Below the pieces are notes generated by a model. The model had not been told where the DNA came from and did no database searches. It saw only the letters and a program-made list of their open reading frames with translations. 64,000 nucleotides of DNA from the human T2T-CHM13v2.0 reference genome, Homo sapiens: the NCBI RefSeq assembly GCF_009914755.1, contig NC_060935.1, one strand, 5' to 3'. The stretch's first letter is position 1; every line of letters begins with the position of its first letter. A program made the translations under genes and the position numbers. Below, piece after piece: positions 27,911 to 39,600 of the stretch.

Positions 27911-29218
27911 TGAGTGACTGAGTGAATGAATGAAGGAACAAAGTGAAGGGAGGAACGCGATGGTGAGAAAGGGGGTTGAAGAAGACAGAGGCCGGATCTG
28001 GCATCATCGTTAGCATCCAAACAGCCTCCTAAGCGGCCACAGGGAGGTCCAGGCACTGCCCCAAATGTTCAACACGCACTCATTCTTCACCCTAAACCTA
28101 GCTGGTGGTCGCTGTTATTATTCCTGCACTGAAAAATAGAAAACTGAAGCTTGGGGGATTCAGCAACTTGCCCAGATCATAGGGCCTGAAAGCAGCAGAG
28201 CAGGGACTCAAAATCGGATCTCCCTGTGTTCTTAACCATCAAAGAGCACTCAAGCGTGGCTTCTGAGGAAACCAGAATTTCTCTAAATCCAAATTTGGAT
28301 GCTAGTTGGCTCTGCAAATCTTCAAACATGTTATCCTGGACCATGAGTGGATGGAGGGGCAGTGACAACAAAACCCTGCTTCCCAGGTTAGAATCCAACC
28401 TGGGACTGCCTCTTCCCTAGCCAGGCTCAGTGCTCCCAGGGCCCAGCTGCAAAGCAGCTGAATGCACACTGGGAAGGGGCCCATGCTGCCCCATCCTCCT
28501 TCCAGAGGCTCCCAGAGCAGGGCTGTTGAGGCTCCAGAGGCCAAAGACCCACCTCTGGGACAGAGGACAGTGGCCGGAGCATGCAGAGCCACGAGACAGA
28601 CCAGTTGCTCAGCGTAAACTCTGAGTAGCACTTTATCTCATAAAGAGAAACTTCAAAGGTTTCCCAGGCTAGTGGCAGACTCTTGTGGAGGAAGGCCTCT
28701 GCCCAGAGAGTAAGAACCTTTGCTGTGGCAGCGCAGGTGAAGAAACTGAGGCAGGCCGGGTCGTGGGGGTCAGGTAAGTGTCCACAGGCCTCCCTAGCCT
28801 GGCCTGGCTCGTGCCCTTTCCATAGCCCCCAGCAGGCAGCACTGCTGCGCTAAGCAGAAGAAATTACACCCATCTTTGTTCCTGCGGGCGGCGGTGGCCA
28901 CGCCCCAAAGGTGTAATTCTAAGAGGCTTGGGGAGGGACAGGTGGCGGGGTAGGGCTGAGTCTCTGGAGAGCACCAGGTGGGCGGGCCGGTACCAGGAAC
29001 CCCCAGCTATTAGGCCCTGGCTGAGTGAGTGTCCACACCAGATGTTGCCGTCAGGTGTTGCCTGGTAGGCCATCTTGGCTGCCCCCGGAGAAACTCCCCC
29101 TGGAAACAGGAACCCAAGGGGTGTTGCTCCACCAAGGAGCCATGCTGGGCTTGAGTACGTTTAAAGCCTGGTGACAGCAGGGACCCCGACATGCAGTGGT
29201 ATTACATTTGAGAAAACA

Positions 29219-29604
<386 letters not shown>

Positions 29605-29852
29605 TCAAGTTCTCAAGGTGAAAAACCGGGATTCCCGAGAACCCCTGGGACCAGCACTGCACTCCACAGCTCCCCAATTCCCATGAAGCCACAATCAGAA
29701 GGGACTGAACAAGCAAGGCGCAGGAAAGACCCACACAGGCTTTGAGGCTGGCAATCCCAGGCTCAATCCCAGCTCTGTCTCCTGGGCACAAGAGTTAATG
29801 CTTAGGAGTCTTCATTTCCTCATGTGAAAAATGGAAATAATAATAGCAGCTA

Positions 29853-30230
<378 letters not shown>

Positions 30231-30241
30231 GAGTAGCTATT

Positions 30242-30353
30242 GGCTGGTCCAAATGTAGTGAGTGATCTCAATTGATTATTCACAGTAAGTTACAGATCGA
30301 ACTCCTTGTTCTACTGTTTTCCCCCTTCTCACTACTGCATTTGACTAGTCTTT
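30242..30353 (+). pseudogene. Y1 RNA (RNY1) processed pseudogene
   Basis: ggctggtccaaatgtagtgagtgatctcaattgattattcacagtaagttacagatcgaactccttgttctac...ctcactactgcatttgactagtcttt matches recalled hY1 over its full length; A-tail and TSD agtagctatt. Confidence 0.93.
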
Positions 30354-33300
30354 AAAAAAAAAAATAGTAGCTATTATTACTCCAGTGGGTTTCCGTGAGT
30401 AGCCATGCACCCTTCCACGTGGCCAGGACTAGGCTGCATTTGCAGATACTATGTACCCTGGGTGCCTCCCACATCTCACCCTGCCCTGCCCTTCCATTCA
30501 TCCTTTCACCATTCTCTGAAGCCTGCTGTGTGCCAGACCTGTGTGCAACTGTGTGGTGGGAGACCGGCGGTGAACCAGACCTGAGCCCTGCCCCAAAGAG
30601 GTTCCGCCAAGTAGAGTGGTAAGGGACAGGGACACAAAACCTCAAGATAGCACGAGCAGGGCTAGGAGAGGCGAATGCACATGAACTGCATGGTAGAGTG
30701 CACCTGAGCCCAAAAGGATAAGGCCCTGAGCCACTGAGGGGCAGGAAAGGGCATTTCAGCAGGGGGACGAGTGGTGCAAAGGCCTGGAGGCTTAAACAAA
30801 CAAGTACAGTGCAGGGTCCAGTGCCCAAGCTGTATCTCACTCTACCCCCCACCTCTCTCCCGCCCCCTGACTGTGTTCTCTGGGATGTCTTGCCAGTGCT
30901 GAGCATTAGAGAAGGTGGACTCTCCACTCCAGGGAGGGGCAGCAGTCTCTCCCAAGACCCAGGGAGATGGTCGACCTGAGATGGGAAAGGAAGTCAGGTC
31001 CCCTCCACGGGGCCACGTCCTGGCCTTGAGAGCCAAAGGCCCAGGCAGTTACAAGCAGACACACACACAGACAGGTGGACCTAAGGCTAATCCTCCCTCC
31101 AAGACCTTACACAGCAGGACGCCAGTATCCTTGCCCATGGGATATGTGGGGCACACAGATTATCCCAAAGTCCTAGGGACCCAGGAAATGATCTCTTCAC
31201 TCAGAACCCTTCAGGTGACCACTGGGGAAACCTGGCTTCAGTTGGGCTCTGAAATATCCCACAGGCTGTTCTAACTTCTCCATACATTGCATTTCAGCAG
31301 ATAGTTTTGTGATGAGAGTAACTGTTAAGCAAATCACCCTTTCCCAACAGAACCATATTCAAATGAGAGGAAGAATTCCTGATGGGGTGGGGCACAAAGT
31401 ATCAAATCAATCACAGCCCTGAACAACAGCCCCAACCTCAATAACCATTACCATTGCTCGAAATCACTGACCATTCAGCACCCCGCAAAGGAGACAGGGG
31501 CACCTGGACCATGGACCCCACAGGGGCTGAAATTTAGCTCAAACCACCTCTGCCAGCTGTCAAGGGCACAGAGCTGCATCCTTTGCAGATATTGCCTCTG
31601 ACCCTTCCAACACCCCAGAAGGAAGCATCGCCCCCATTTTACAGATGCTGAAACTGAGGCCCAGGGAGGTACAATCCACACAGCTAACAGTAGTGAAGCA
31701 GAGAACCAGAGTCCAGGTGTGACTGACCCTACAGTGTCAGGACTTTCTGCTACCTTCACCAAGGGGCAGGACTGGCCCAGCTAAAACAAACACCCTGGCA
31801 ACTGGAGGCTGCCTTAGTTGATGGTTATAATGCAGCACTTTGCTGACCAGGGAGGCAAAGCTCACAGATTCCTCCTCCAAACAAAGCTCCTGACCCAAGT
31901 TCCAGATTTTCCAGAACCCAGTGCTGGGGCTCCAAACCTGAAGCACCTGTCGCCTGCAGGCCCAGAGTTCATACAGCAGTGCTGGTCCATCTGTGTCAGA
32001 CAGACCTCTGCCCTGCCATGTCCCAGCTGTGTGGCCTTGGCTTGGGCAAAGAACTCTGAGCCCCAACATCTCATCTGTCAAGCAGAGATAATCCTCTCCT
32101 CAGAGTGGTCCTGTAAGGATTAGATGAGATTGGTCCCTAAAACCCTTGGCAGTAGCTGCCCCTCCTCCAGCCCCAGGCCCCAGCAACTTTCCCTGATTTC
32201 TCAGGCCCTGCCCTGGGGGAACACCTCCCACTAACCCCCAAAGGACAGGACACACAAGGACAACAAGGAACAAAGTTTAAAATAACAAAAATGCCAAGAT
32301 CCCTCCACAGCGTGAGTGCACAGCGAGGGGGTGGGCAGCTCTCTCACACCCCACACAGATGGCCCCTCTACCCTCACAGCCCACAGCCAGGCCCTGCCCT
32401 CACCATGCTGGACCAGGAGAGGAGGCTCTGAGAGATGCAAAGCCTGGCCCACAGTACACAGCAGGTCCGAGCCCCAGCGCCAGTGCCCCTCTGCTCTTTC
32501 TGCTCCTGCTTCTCCTCCCATGACCCACACACCAGCTGCTGGCTTCAGGGCCCTCCACTCTGCCCTTCCCTGAGGCCCCCACAAGGCAAGCATCAGGCCA
32601 AGCTGATGGAGCACCTGCCTCTTGCCTCTGGGTTTCTGGGGCCCCCAAAATGGAGACCACCAAGACCCTTCACTTTACACTCCCCCCGCCCCCCAAAAAA
32701 ATCCCAAGAGCTGCGCCAGGGCACAGACCTGAGGGTTCAGGGGAAGAGGGGAAGGAGAGAGGTCTGCTCAGTGCTGTCATGAGGGGTGCTGAGGCACCTC
32801 CTCCTCCAGCACTGCCCAGAATGCTTTCCCAGGACTTCCTCTCACTAGCTCCCTTCCTATTATGTCTTCAATATGTCTTCAAACTTCAGACTGGCTGCCC
32901 CCTGTCCAGGCAGCCTGCCCTATCCCTAAACTCTCCAGTATGGGCTGGAGGCCACCTTTCCTTGTCTCCTAGACCCCCAGCAGCTCCCCCCTCAGCATGC
33001 GTTGTCATGCATTCATTTGCCTGCAATGCTGTGGCCCCTTGCTCATCTTGGCATCCTCCATGCCTTGCAGGGGGCCTGGCCTACAGCAGGCGCTCAATAA
33101 GGAGCTGTTCCTGAATGGAGGGATGGGCAGGTAAGCCAACAAAGAGGCTGAGCCTGTGTGGGTTTCTCTGACTTTTAGAATGCTGGAGCCCTGGTCCGTG
33201 GCCCTCAGTGCATCTGTATAATTCAGAAGGAGGTGCAGCCGTGAAAATCCCTGAACTCTTGTAGATCTCTATAACACAAGGACAACTACTATTACTACTT

Positions 33301-33419
33301 CCGCCATCATCCTCTTAAAAAGGGGTAAAGGGCTGGGGGGTGGAGGCATGAGGCGTCAGAAATACCAAGAGACAGGTTCAGGGGAGATTCTGGGACTTGC
33401 TTTAAGATCTTTAATAGTC

Positions 33420-34460
33420 CTGACAGTCAAAGAAAAGTAAAGTAAAATTGTACTGAGGTACCGATTTATGCTCAGTAAATTACCAAAAATATATAAAATA
33501 CTCACTGCTTATGAGGTACTCACTGCTTATGAGGTACTCACTGCTTATGAAGGTATGGTAAAACTGTTACACAGTTAGTGGCAGCAAAAATTGGTTCCAT
33601 TATTCTAGAAAATAATTTGGCAAATACTTTTTAAATCATAAGAATGATTTAAAAAGAAATTTCTCTTTCTTTCTTGGTCCACTGTGGTGATCACAGTTCA
33701 CTGTCCCAGTAGCTGGGACTACAGGTGTGTGCCACCACGCCTGGCTAATTTTTGTATTTTTTGTAGAGATGGGGTTTTGTCATGTTGCCCAGGCTGGTCT
33801 CAAATTCCTGGGCTTAAGCGATCCTCCCACCTCAGCCTCTCAAAGTGCTGGGATTGCAGGTGTGAGCCACTGCACCCCACCAAAAATGTATTTTTCAATT
33901 CAGTTCCCAGAATCCCAGGACTACAAATTTGTACTCAGAAAAAAATATAAAATAAGAAAAAAAGTTATGTTACAATATTCATGAGTATATTATTGAATTT
34001 GCAATTAGCAAATTATACTGGAGAACCACCTGAACACTACCAGCAGCAGCCCCAGTTCGGGTAAGAGTGACATCACCCTAATGATGACGCACATCACAGA
34101 GGGTGGAGGGTTCCCCCGAGCAGGGGTGGCCACTGAGCTAGCTCTGCACCTTCAGAACCCAGACAGGCCTATAGGGAACAGCTGCCAGAAATGTTCCTGC
34201 ATTAATAATTCTGTAGCAATATGAGAAACTTCTACAGAGCAAGATTAAATAAACAAAACAGGATACAAACTAGTACCCGTGACATGGTTTAAACTATGAA
34301 CAAACTCTACACCTTTGAATGAGAGCTGGAAGGAACCAAGAAAAAGTTCTACTCAGGGAACTGAGGCTCCGGATGATTTATCTTTATTTTTCTTTTTTGG
34401 ATTCTCATTACTGGTGCTACAGTATCATTTATACAAGAGATAAAAATCACTTTTTTAAAA
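33420..34460 (+). mobile_element. Degraded L1M(E) fragments with a partial Alu (33700-33880, - strand)
   Basis: AT-rich L1 3'-like sequence (aaaataatttggcaaatac...tcaattcagttcccagaatc); partial Alu core. Confidence 0.55.
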
Positions 34461-34465
34461 GAATT

Positions 34466-34755
34466 ATTTTTTTTGAGACAGAGTTTGGCTCTGTCGCCCA
34501 GGCTGGAGTGCAGTGGCACTATCTTGGCTCACTGCAACCTCTGCCTCCCAGGCTCAAGGATTCTCGTACCTCAGCCACCTGAGTAGCTGGGATTACAGGT
34601 GTGTGCCATCGCGCCCGGCTAATTTTTGTATTTTTAGTAGAGATGGGGTTTCGCCATGTTGGCCAGAATGGTCTCAAACTCCTGGCCTCAAGTGATCCAC
34701 CCATCTCAGCCTCTCAAAGTGTTAGGATTACAGGCGTGAGCCACCACACCCAGCC
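34466..34755 (-). mobile_element. AluS
   Basis: Full Alu. Confidence 0.9.
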
Positions 34756-36340
34756 TTACTTTTTTTCTTCCTAATTAAATGCATTGCCCAGAACCCCAAC
34801 TCCTTACTCCCTGGACCTGAAAGCTGGGACTCAGCTGAGTTGGGGCCTGAGACTACCCATCTGATGCTGAGTTAACCTGGGAACACTCTGCGTTGTCTGG
34901 CAGGGCTTGCAGGCACAGACAATGACAACTCTTTAGGTTCAAGGAAGGCACAAAGGGAAGCCAGAAATGCAGGTAGAGGGAGGGACATCTAAGCTGGATC
35001 CTAAAAGATGACCAGGAGAGGAGACGGCACCCAGATGAAAGGGAGGGGGAAGGGGCTCCCGGCAGAGGTGATGGCCTGAGAACTAGAAACGGCATGGACT
35101 GGTTGGGGGAAGGAGAAGGATCAATGCAGTGCCACAAGGTAACCCAGGTGAACAAGCACAAAAGTGGGAAATGGAGCTGTCCTTTAGGGACCTGTTCATT
35201 CATTCATCCATTCTCAGCAAATGTGGATGGTGTGTGGCTCTGTGCCAGGCTCTGTGCTAAGAGGTTGGTATAATAAATTCACTGAATTCTATCCTCTCAA
35301 CTATCTGGGAGGAGGGACAATTATACTCATTGGTAAATGGTGGCTCAGAAAAGTGAAGTGGAGGAACCAGGTTGGAACCCCCAGCGTGATCCAAAGTCCA
35401 TCCCTGAGACTATTCCCTCAGAACTAGGCTCTGTTCTGTGTAGGACCCAAGGAATCAGGTGGGCCAGCACCTGGCCAGAGGAGGACAATCCCTGACAAGT
35501 CCATGCTGGGAGCTAGGGCTTTTGAGGGTGTGTGTGGAGTTCAGGGGATGTTGGGGCTGGCTTGCCTAGAGCTGGCATGGGGGTTGGAAGGACACAGAGC
35601 ACAGTGGTGTGGGCCCAATGCAGGGTCTCCTTGCCCCATCTTTGGACTCAGTATTCCCACCTGCAAAATGACCAGGCAATCCCTATGGCCCTCTCCTGTG
35701 AAGTGAAGGGGATCTGGCAGCAGCTACCTCCAACTCATCTTCTTCCCAAAAGTGGAACCCCTGAGACTGTAGTGGAGAGTAGAGATGTTACCATGTCTCA
35801 CCCAGACAGAGCTCCCTGAGCAGACTGAGCTAGGCCTTCTCCGCCGCTCTCCATGCAGGGCTGAGTGACTCATCCCTGCTCTGCCTCTTTCCCCCTTCCC
35901 TCCCTGGTCCCCAGCAGCCTCCCTGGACCTCCACCCCCACCTCCACCTCCAGGCTCCAGAGCAGCAGGCCCAGCTCTGCAGCAGTGATGAACGTTGCAGA
36001 GGCTGGCCTCCTGCCCTGTACCTCTCCACTTCTATCCTGGGGGGGCGAGGGGGAGCCAGACAGAGAAGGGAGAGCTGAGAAAGGGAGGCAGAGAGTGGAG
36101 GACCTAGAAGAAAAGGGAAGGGGTAGGGGATGCCAGTGGGACAACACAGAGGCCAGGGCTGACTTCAGACATCAAGACAGGCAAACACAAAGAGGCAAAA
36201 AGCCTCCCAGGGCTTCCGGGATCACCAGTGGACTGACGCCCCCAGAGCTCTCCAGTAAAGTTCCAGGCTTCATCCCCAACAGCCCCCAGAGCACCACACC
36301 CTGGGCAGCCCACGGATGTCTCCCGCTCCCCATGCTTAGC

Positions 36341-36662
36341 GCTGCCATAGCAGTCACGGTTCTCCCTGTGCCTGGCACTGCCATAGTGGGCATGGTTCTC
36401 CCTGTGCCCGGTGCTGCCATAGGGGGCATGGTTCTCCCTGTGCACAGCGCTGCCATAGCCATAGTGGGCATGGCTCCCCTGTGCCCGGTGCTGCCATAGT
36501 GGGCACGGTTCTCCCTGTGCCCGGTGCTGCCATAGTGGGCATGGCTCTCCCTGTGCCCAGTGCTGCCATAGCCACAGTGGGCACGGTTCTCCCTGTGCCT
36601 GGCGCTGCCATAGGGGGCATGGTTCTCCCTGTGCCCAGCGTTGTCATAGTGGGCATGGCTCT
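36341..36662. repeat. 36-bp minisatellite, ~8.6 copies, consensus gctgccatagtgggcatggttctccctgtgcccggt
   Basis: Units start at 36341, 36377, 36413, 36449 (41 bp), 36490, 36526, 36562 (42 bp), 36604 and 36640 (partial). Confidence 0.95.
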
Positions 36663-39600
36663 GGACTTGTCCCTTATGCTCTTACTCTCAACCTCTAGCC
36701 AACTCTGCCCGTTGGATTCCACTCGGCCACAACCTTCCCAGCAGCCCCTCTTCACTGCCCAGACAGGCCTCACCATCCTTACTTGGACCCCTGTAGCCAC
36801 ATCCTCTTCTCTGTCCTCTGTGGCCAGGGAGCTTTTTAAAACCCAGAGCTGGTAATGGCTCTTCCCAGCCTGAAAGCTTCTGCTGTCTGTCTGTCTGTCT
36901 ATCTCTCTCTCTCTCTTTCTCTGCCATCAGGATAAAATCTAAACTCCAAAATGTCCTCCCCACCCTGGTTCTGCCTCTTCTTTTCCTCACTGTTATCCCT
37001 GAACCCCTGCCACAGGGGAGCCTACCTCCCTGACCAACTCACCAAGACTTTCTCAGCTTGTTGCTTTATCCTGCTGGTCCCCTGAGGCCCCATCCAAACA
37101 CCAGCTCCTGGAGAAGCCCCTGTACCGTCCCCCAACCATGCTGCCAGTCATATACTCACTCAGCCTGAGTATATGTCTCTGTCCCCACACTGCTCACAAA
37201 AGGCTGTCACTGTCTCCATGTGTCTCCCCATGAGGCCTTGAGTCTCTTAAGAGCAGGACCCAGGTCTGATATCTCCAGGTGGCTGGCAGGATGGGTGGGA
37301 GGCATGAGAAGAGGTTTGTTGAATGAATAAACAACCGGGACAGGAACAACATGACCAGTATAAATATTAAGGACAGAGTAACCTTAAGACACAGGAACAA
37401 AGTCACCAGTAGAGACATTAAGGACACAGCCAGTAACCATTAAGGGACAGGGGAACAGAGATGGATAGAAAACACACCCCAAAGGGAAGACCTTGAGACC
37501 CAGAGACAGGCTTGAGGTGGCTGCACCCCTCTTGGTACCTCCCTCTATCCCCTCTGGCATGCTTGGACTGGCCTTGATGCCCTGGGGCCCCTGGAGGCAG
37601 GACAGGGGGCTTCAGAAGGGGAAACCACAGCACAGTCAGAGCTGAGCCAGGGGCGGGAGCTGCCAGGAGACAGCTGAGGAGACATAATTGGATCACAGAC
37701 AACTCTGCTTCTGCAGTGAGGGGGTGTGACTCACACACACAGAGTAACGCCAGACACAGAAACACACACAGAGTCTCACTCACAGGCACAGGCGCACATA
37801 CCTTCAACACAGATTGACTGACCCTGTCAGGCCCCTGTCCCGGGGCTGTCACGTGGGTAGGAAGGGGGGAGATGGGAAACCCAGCACCTGCCCCTGAGGA
37901 GCTCAGTGTCTGCCAGACTAAGGGCCACATCACACACACAGTCACCCACAATTCAGCTCCACACACGAAGGCCCCAACAGAATCCTCAATCCCTATCACG
38001 TTATCTCGTCCTTATGCACAACCATCATCTGGTGTCTTATTTAGTTGTTTGCTTCTATTTTGCTCGTCACCCGTTCAGGATGTAAAACCCATGACAGCAG
38101 GGTCTGATCTGTGTGGTTTGCCCCTAAATTCCTAGATATGACACAATCCTTGGAACATAGTATGTCCTCAATAAACATACTGAAGCAATGAATGAATGCA
38201 TGCATGTATGCAAGTGGAGACACACAAGGGAACTCCATCCTTCTGGCTATCAGGCCTCTACCTCAAGACTCATCACCTCTCTGGCAAAGTACCAGGCCCC
38301 AGCCACTCTGGCAGGGTCCAAAGACGGCAGGCAGGGGCAGGAGATGGTGGAGGGGATCTCAGGAAGCCGGGGGAGATGGAGGTGGTAACAAAACCCAAGG
38401 ATGAGTAAATGGCTCAGGCACCAAAGGGGAGAGCAGAGGTGGCAGTCACCCCCTACTTCCCATTAGGCAGCAGGAGGCAGTATATATGTGCAGACATTGC
38501 TCACTGACCCCAGGACATAGGATTCCAGAGAAGCATCAGAGGTGGCAAGTACCTGCCTTCAGGGAGCCCAGGCTGAGGGGCAGGAAGGCAATGGTTATGC
38601 TAAAGCCCCAGAGAACAGCTCCAGCTGCCCTGTGCCACCTGCCCCGTGCCACCTGCCCCAGGCTCTCTTTAAAGACAGGTGAAAGGAATCTACTGTGATT
38701 GGCATGGTACCCTCTGCTGCCCATACTTTTGAGTCTCCAGGGGCCCCAGGGCATCAAGGCCAGTCCAAGCATGCCAGAGGGGATGAAGGGAGGCACCAGG
38801 AGGGGTGGGGCTGTCTCAAGCCCAACACGTAGTCTGAGCTGCTTTCCCCAACCTGTTGCCAGAGCACCACCATCTGCCCAGTCAGGGGCAAAGGTGAGGG
38901 ATCGGGGCTGAAATAAGGTTTCTATCCCCATCTATCCTCAGTGGCAACCAGGCACCCAGGCCAGGTCTCCTGCTCCTCGGGAACAAACTGGAACAGCCCC
39001 GCAGAGGCCCCGGAGCCCCACAGAGCACAGGCCTCTGGGGTCACGGCATCCACAGCCCTGGCTCCAAGTGGCCCAGCCAGGCATGGAGATGCAGGGGAAG
39101 AAAGAAAACCCATCTGTCTCCAGGACTCCCTTTCTCTCATCTCCTGAAACTTTAAAGACTCTCGGCTGGAAACTGAGCTGGGGCTCGTTAAAGTTTAAAA
39201 GCGGGAGCCTGGGCAGCTGGGTGTGGAGGGCACAGAGCCAGCCTGGGGGCTGAGGGCTTCTCTAGTCCCAGCAGGGACACAGCCTGGAGGCACCCTCCAC
39301 TCCACTCTGGCTCATAAGGGTTCCTTGGCCTGCTTAGGATGCAGGCCCCATCCATGTACAGGATGGCTGTACATCCATGCCGTCCTGCATCCCAGCCTGC
39401 ACAACACTTCACAGTGCGCACATCGCAAAGAGTTATGCTATAACCATCATATCCCGTCCATGATCATGCCTAAGGCTCTCTGGATTCCATCCCTTGCTCC
39501 ATTCCCCACAACCTGGCTTTAAGGTGGGCCTTGGCACCTCTGCCCAGACAAATACAGCAGCAGCGCCCTCTTACCAGTCTCCCTGTCTAAAACCTTCCCC

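Noticed and set aside
36341-36662. CRISPR-like appearance (36-bp palindromic units) and repeat-encoded proteins
   Set aside because: Units are head-to-tail with no unique spacers, there are no cas genes, and this is a primate intron. The ORFs follow from a unit length divisible by 3.
36341-36662. REST, CTCF, RFX and p53-like motifs in the minisatellite unit
   Set aside because: Each match fails at core positions, so none is supportable without ChIP data.
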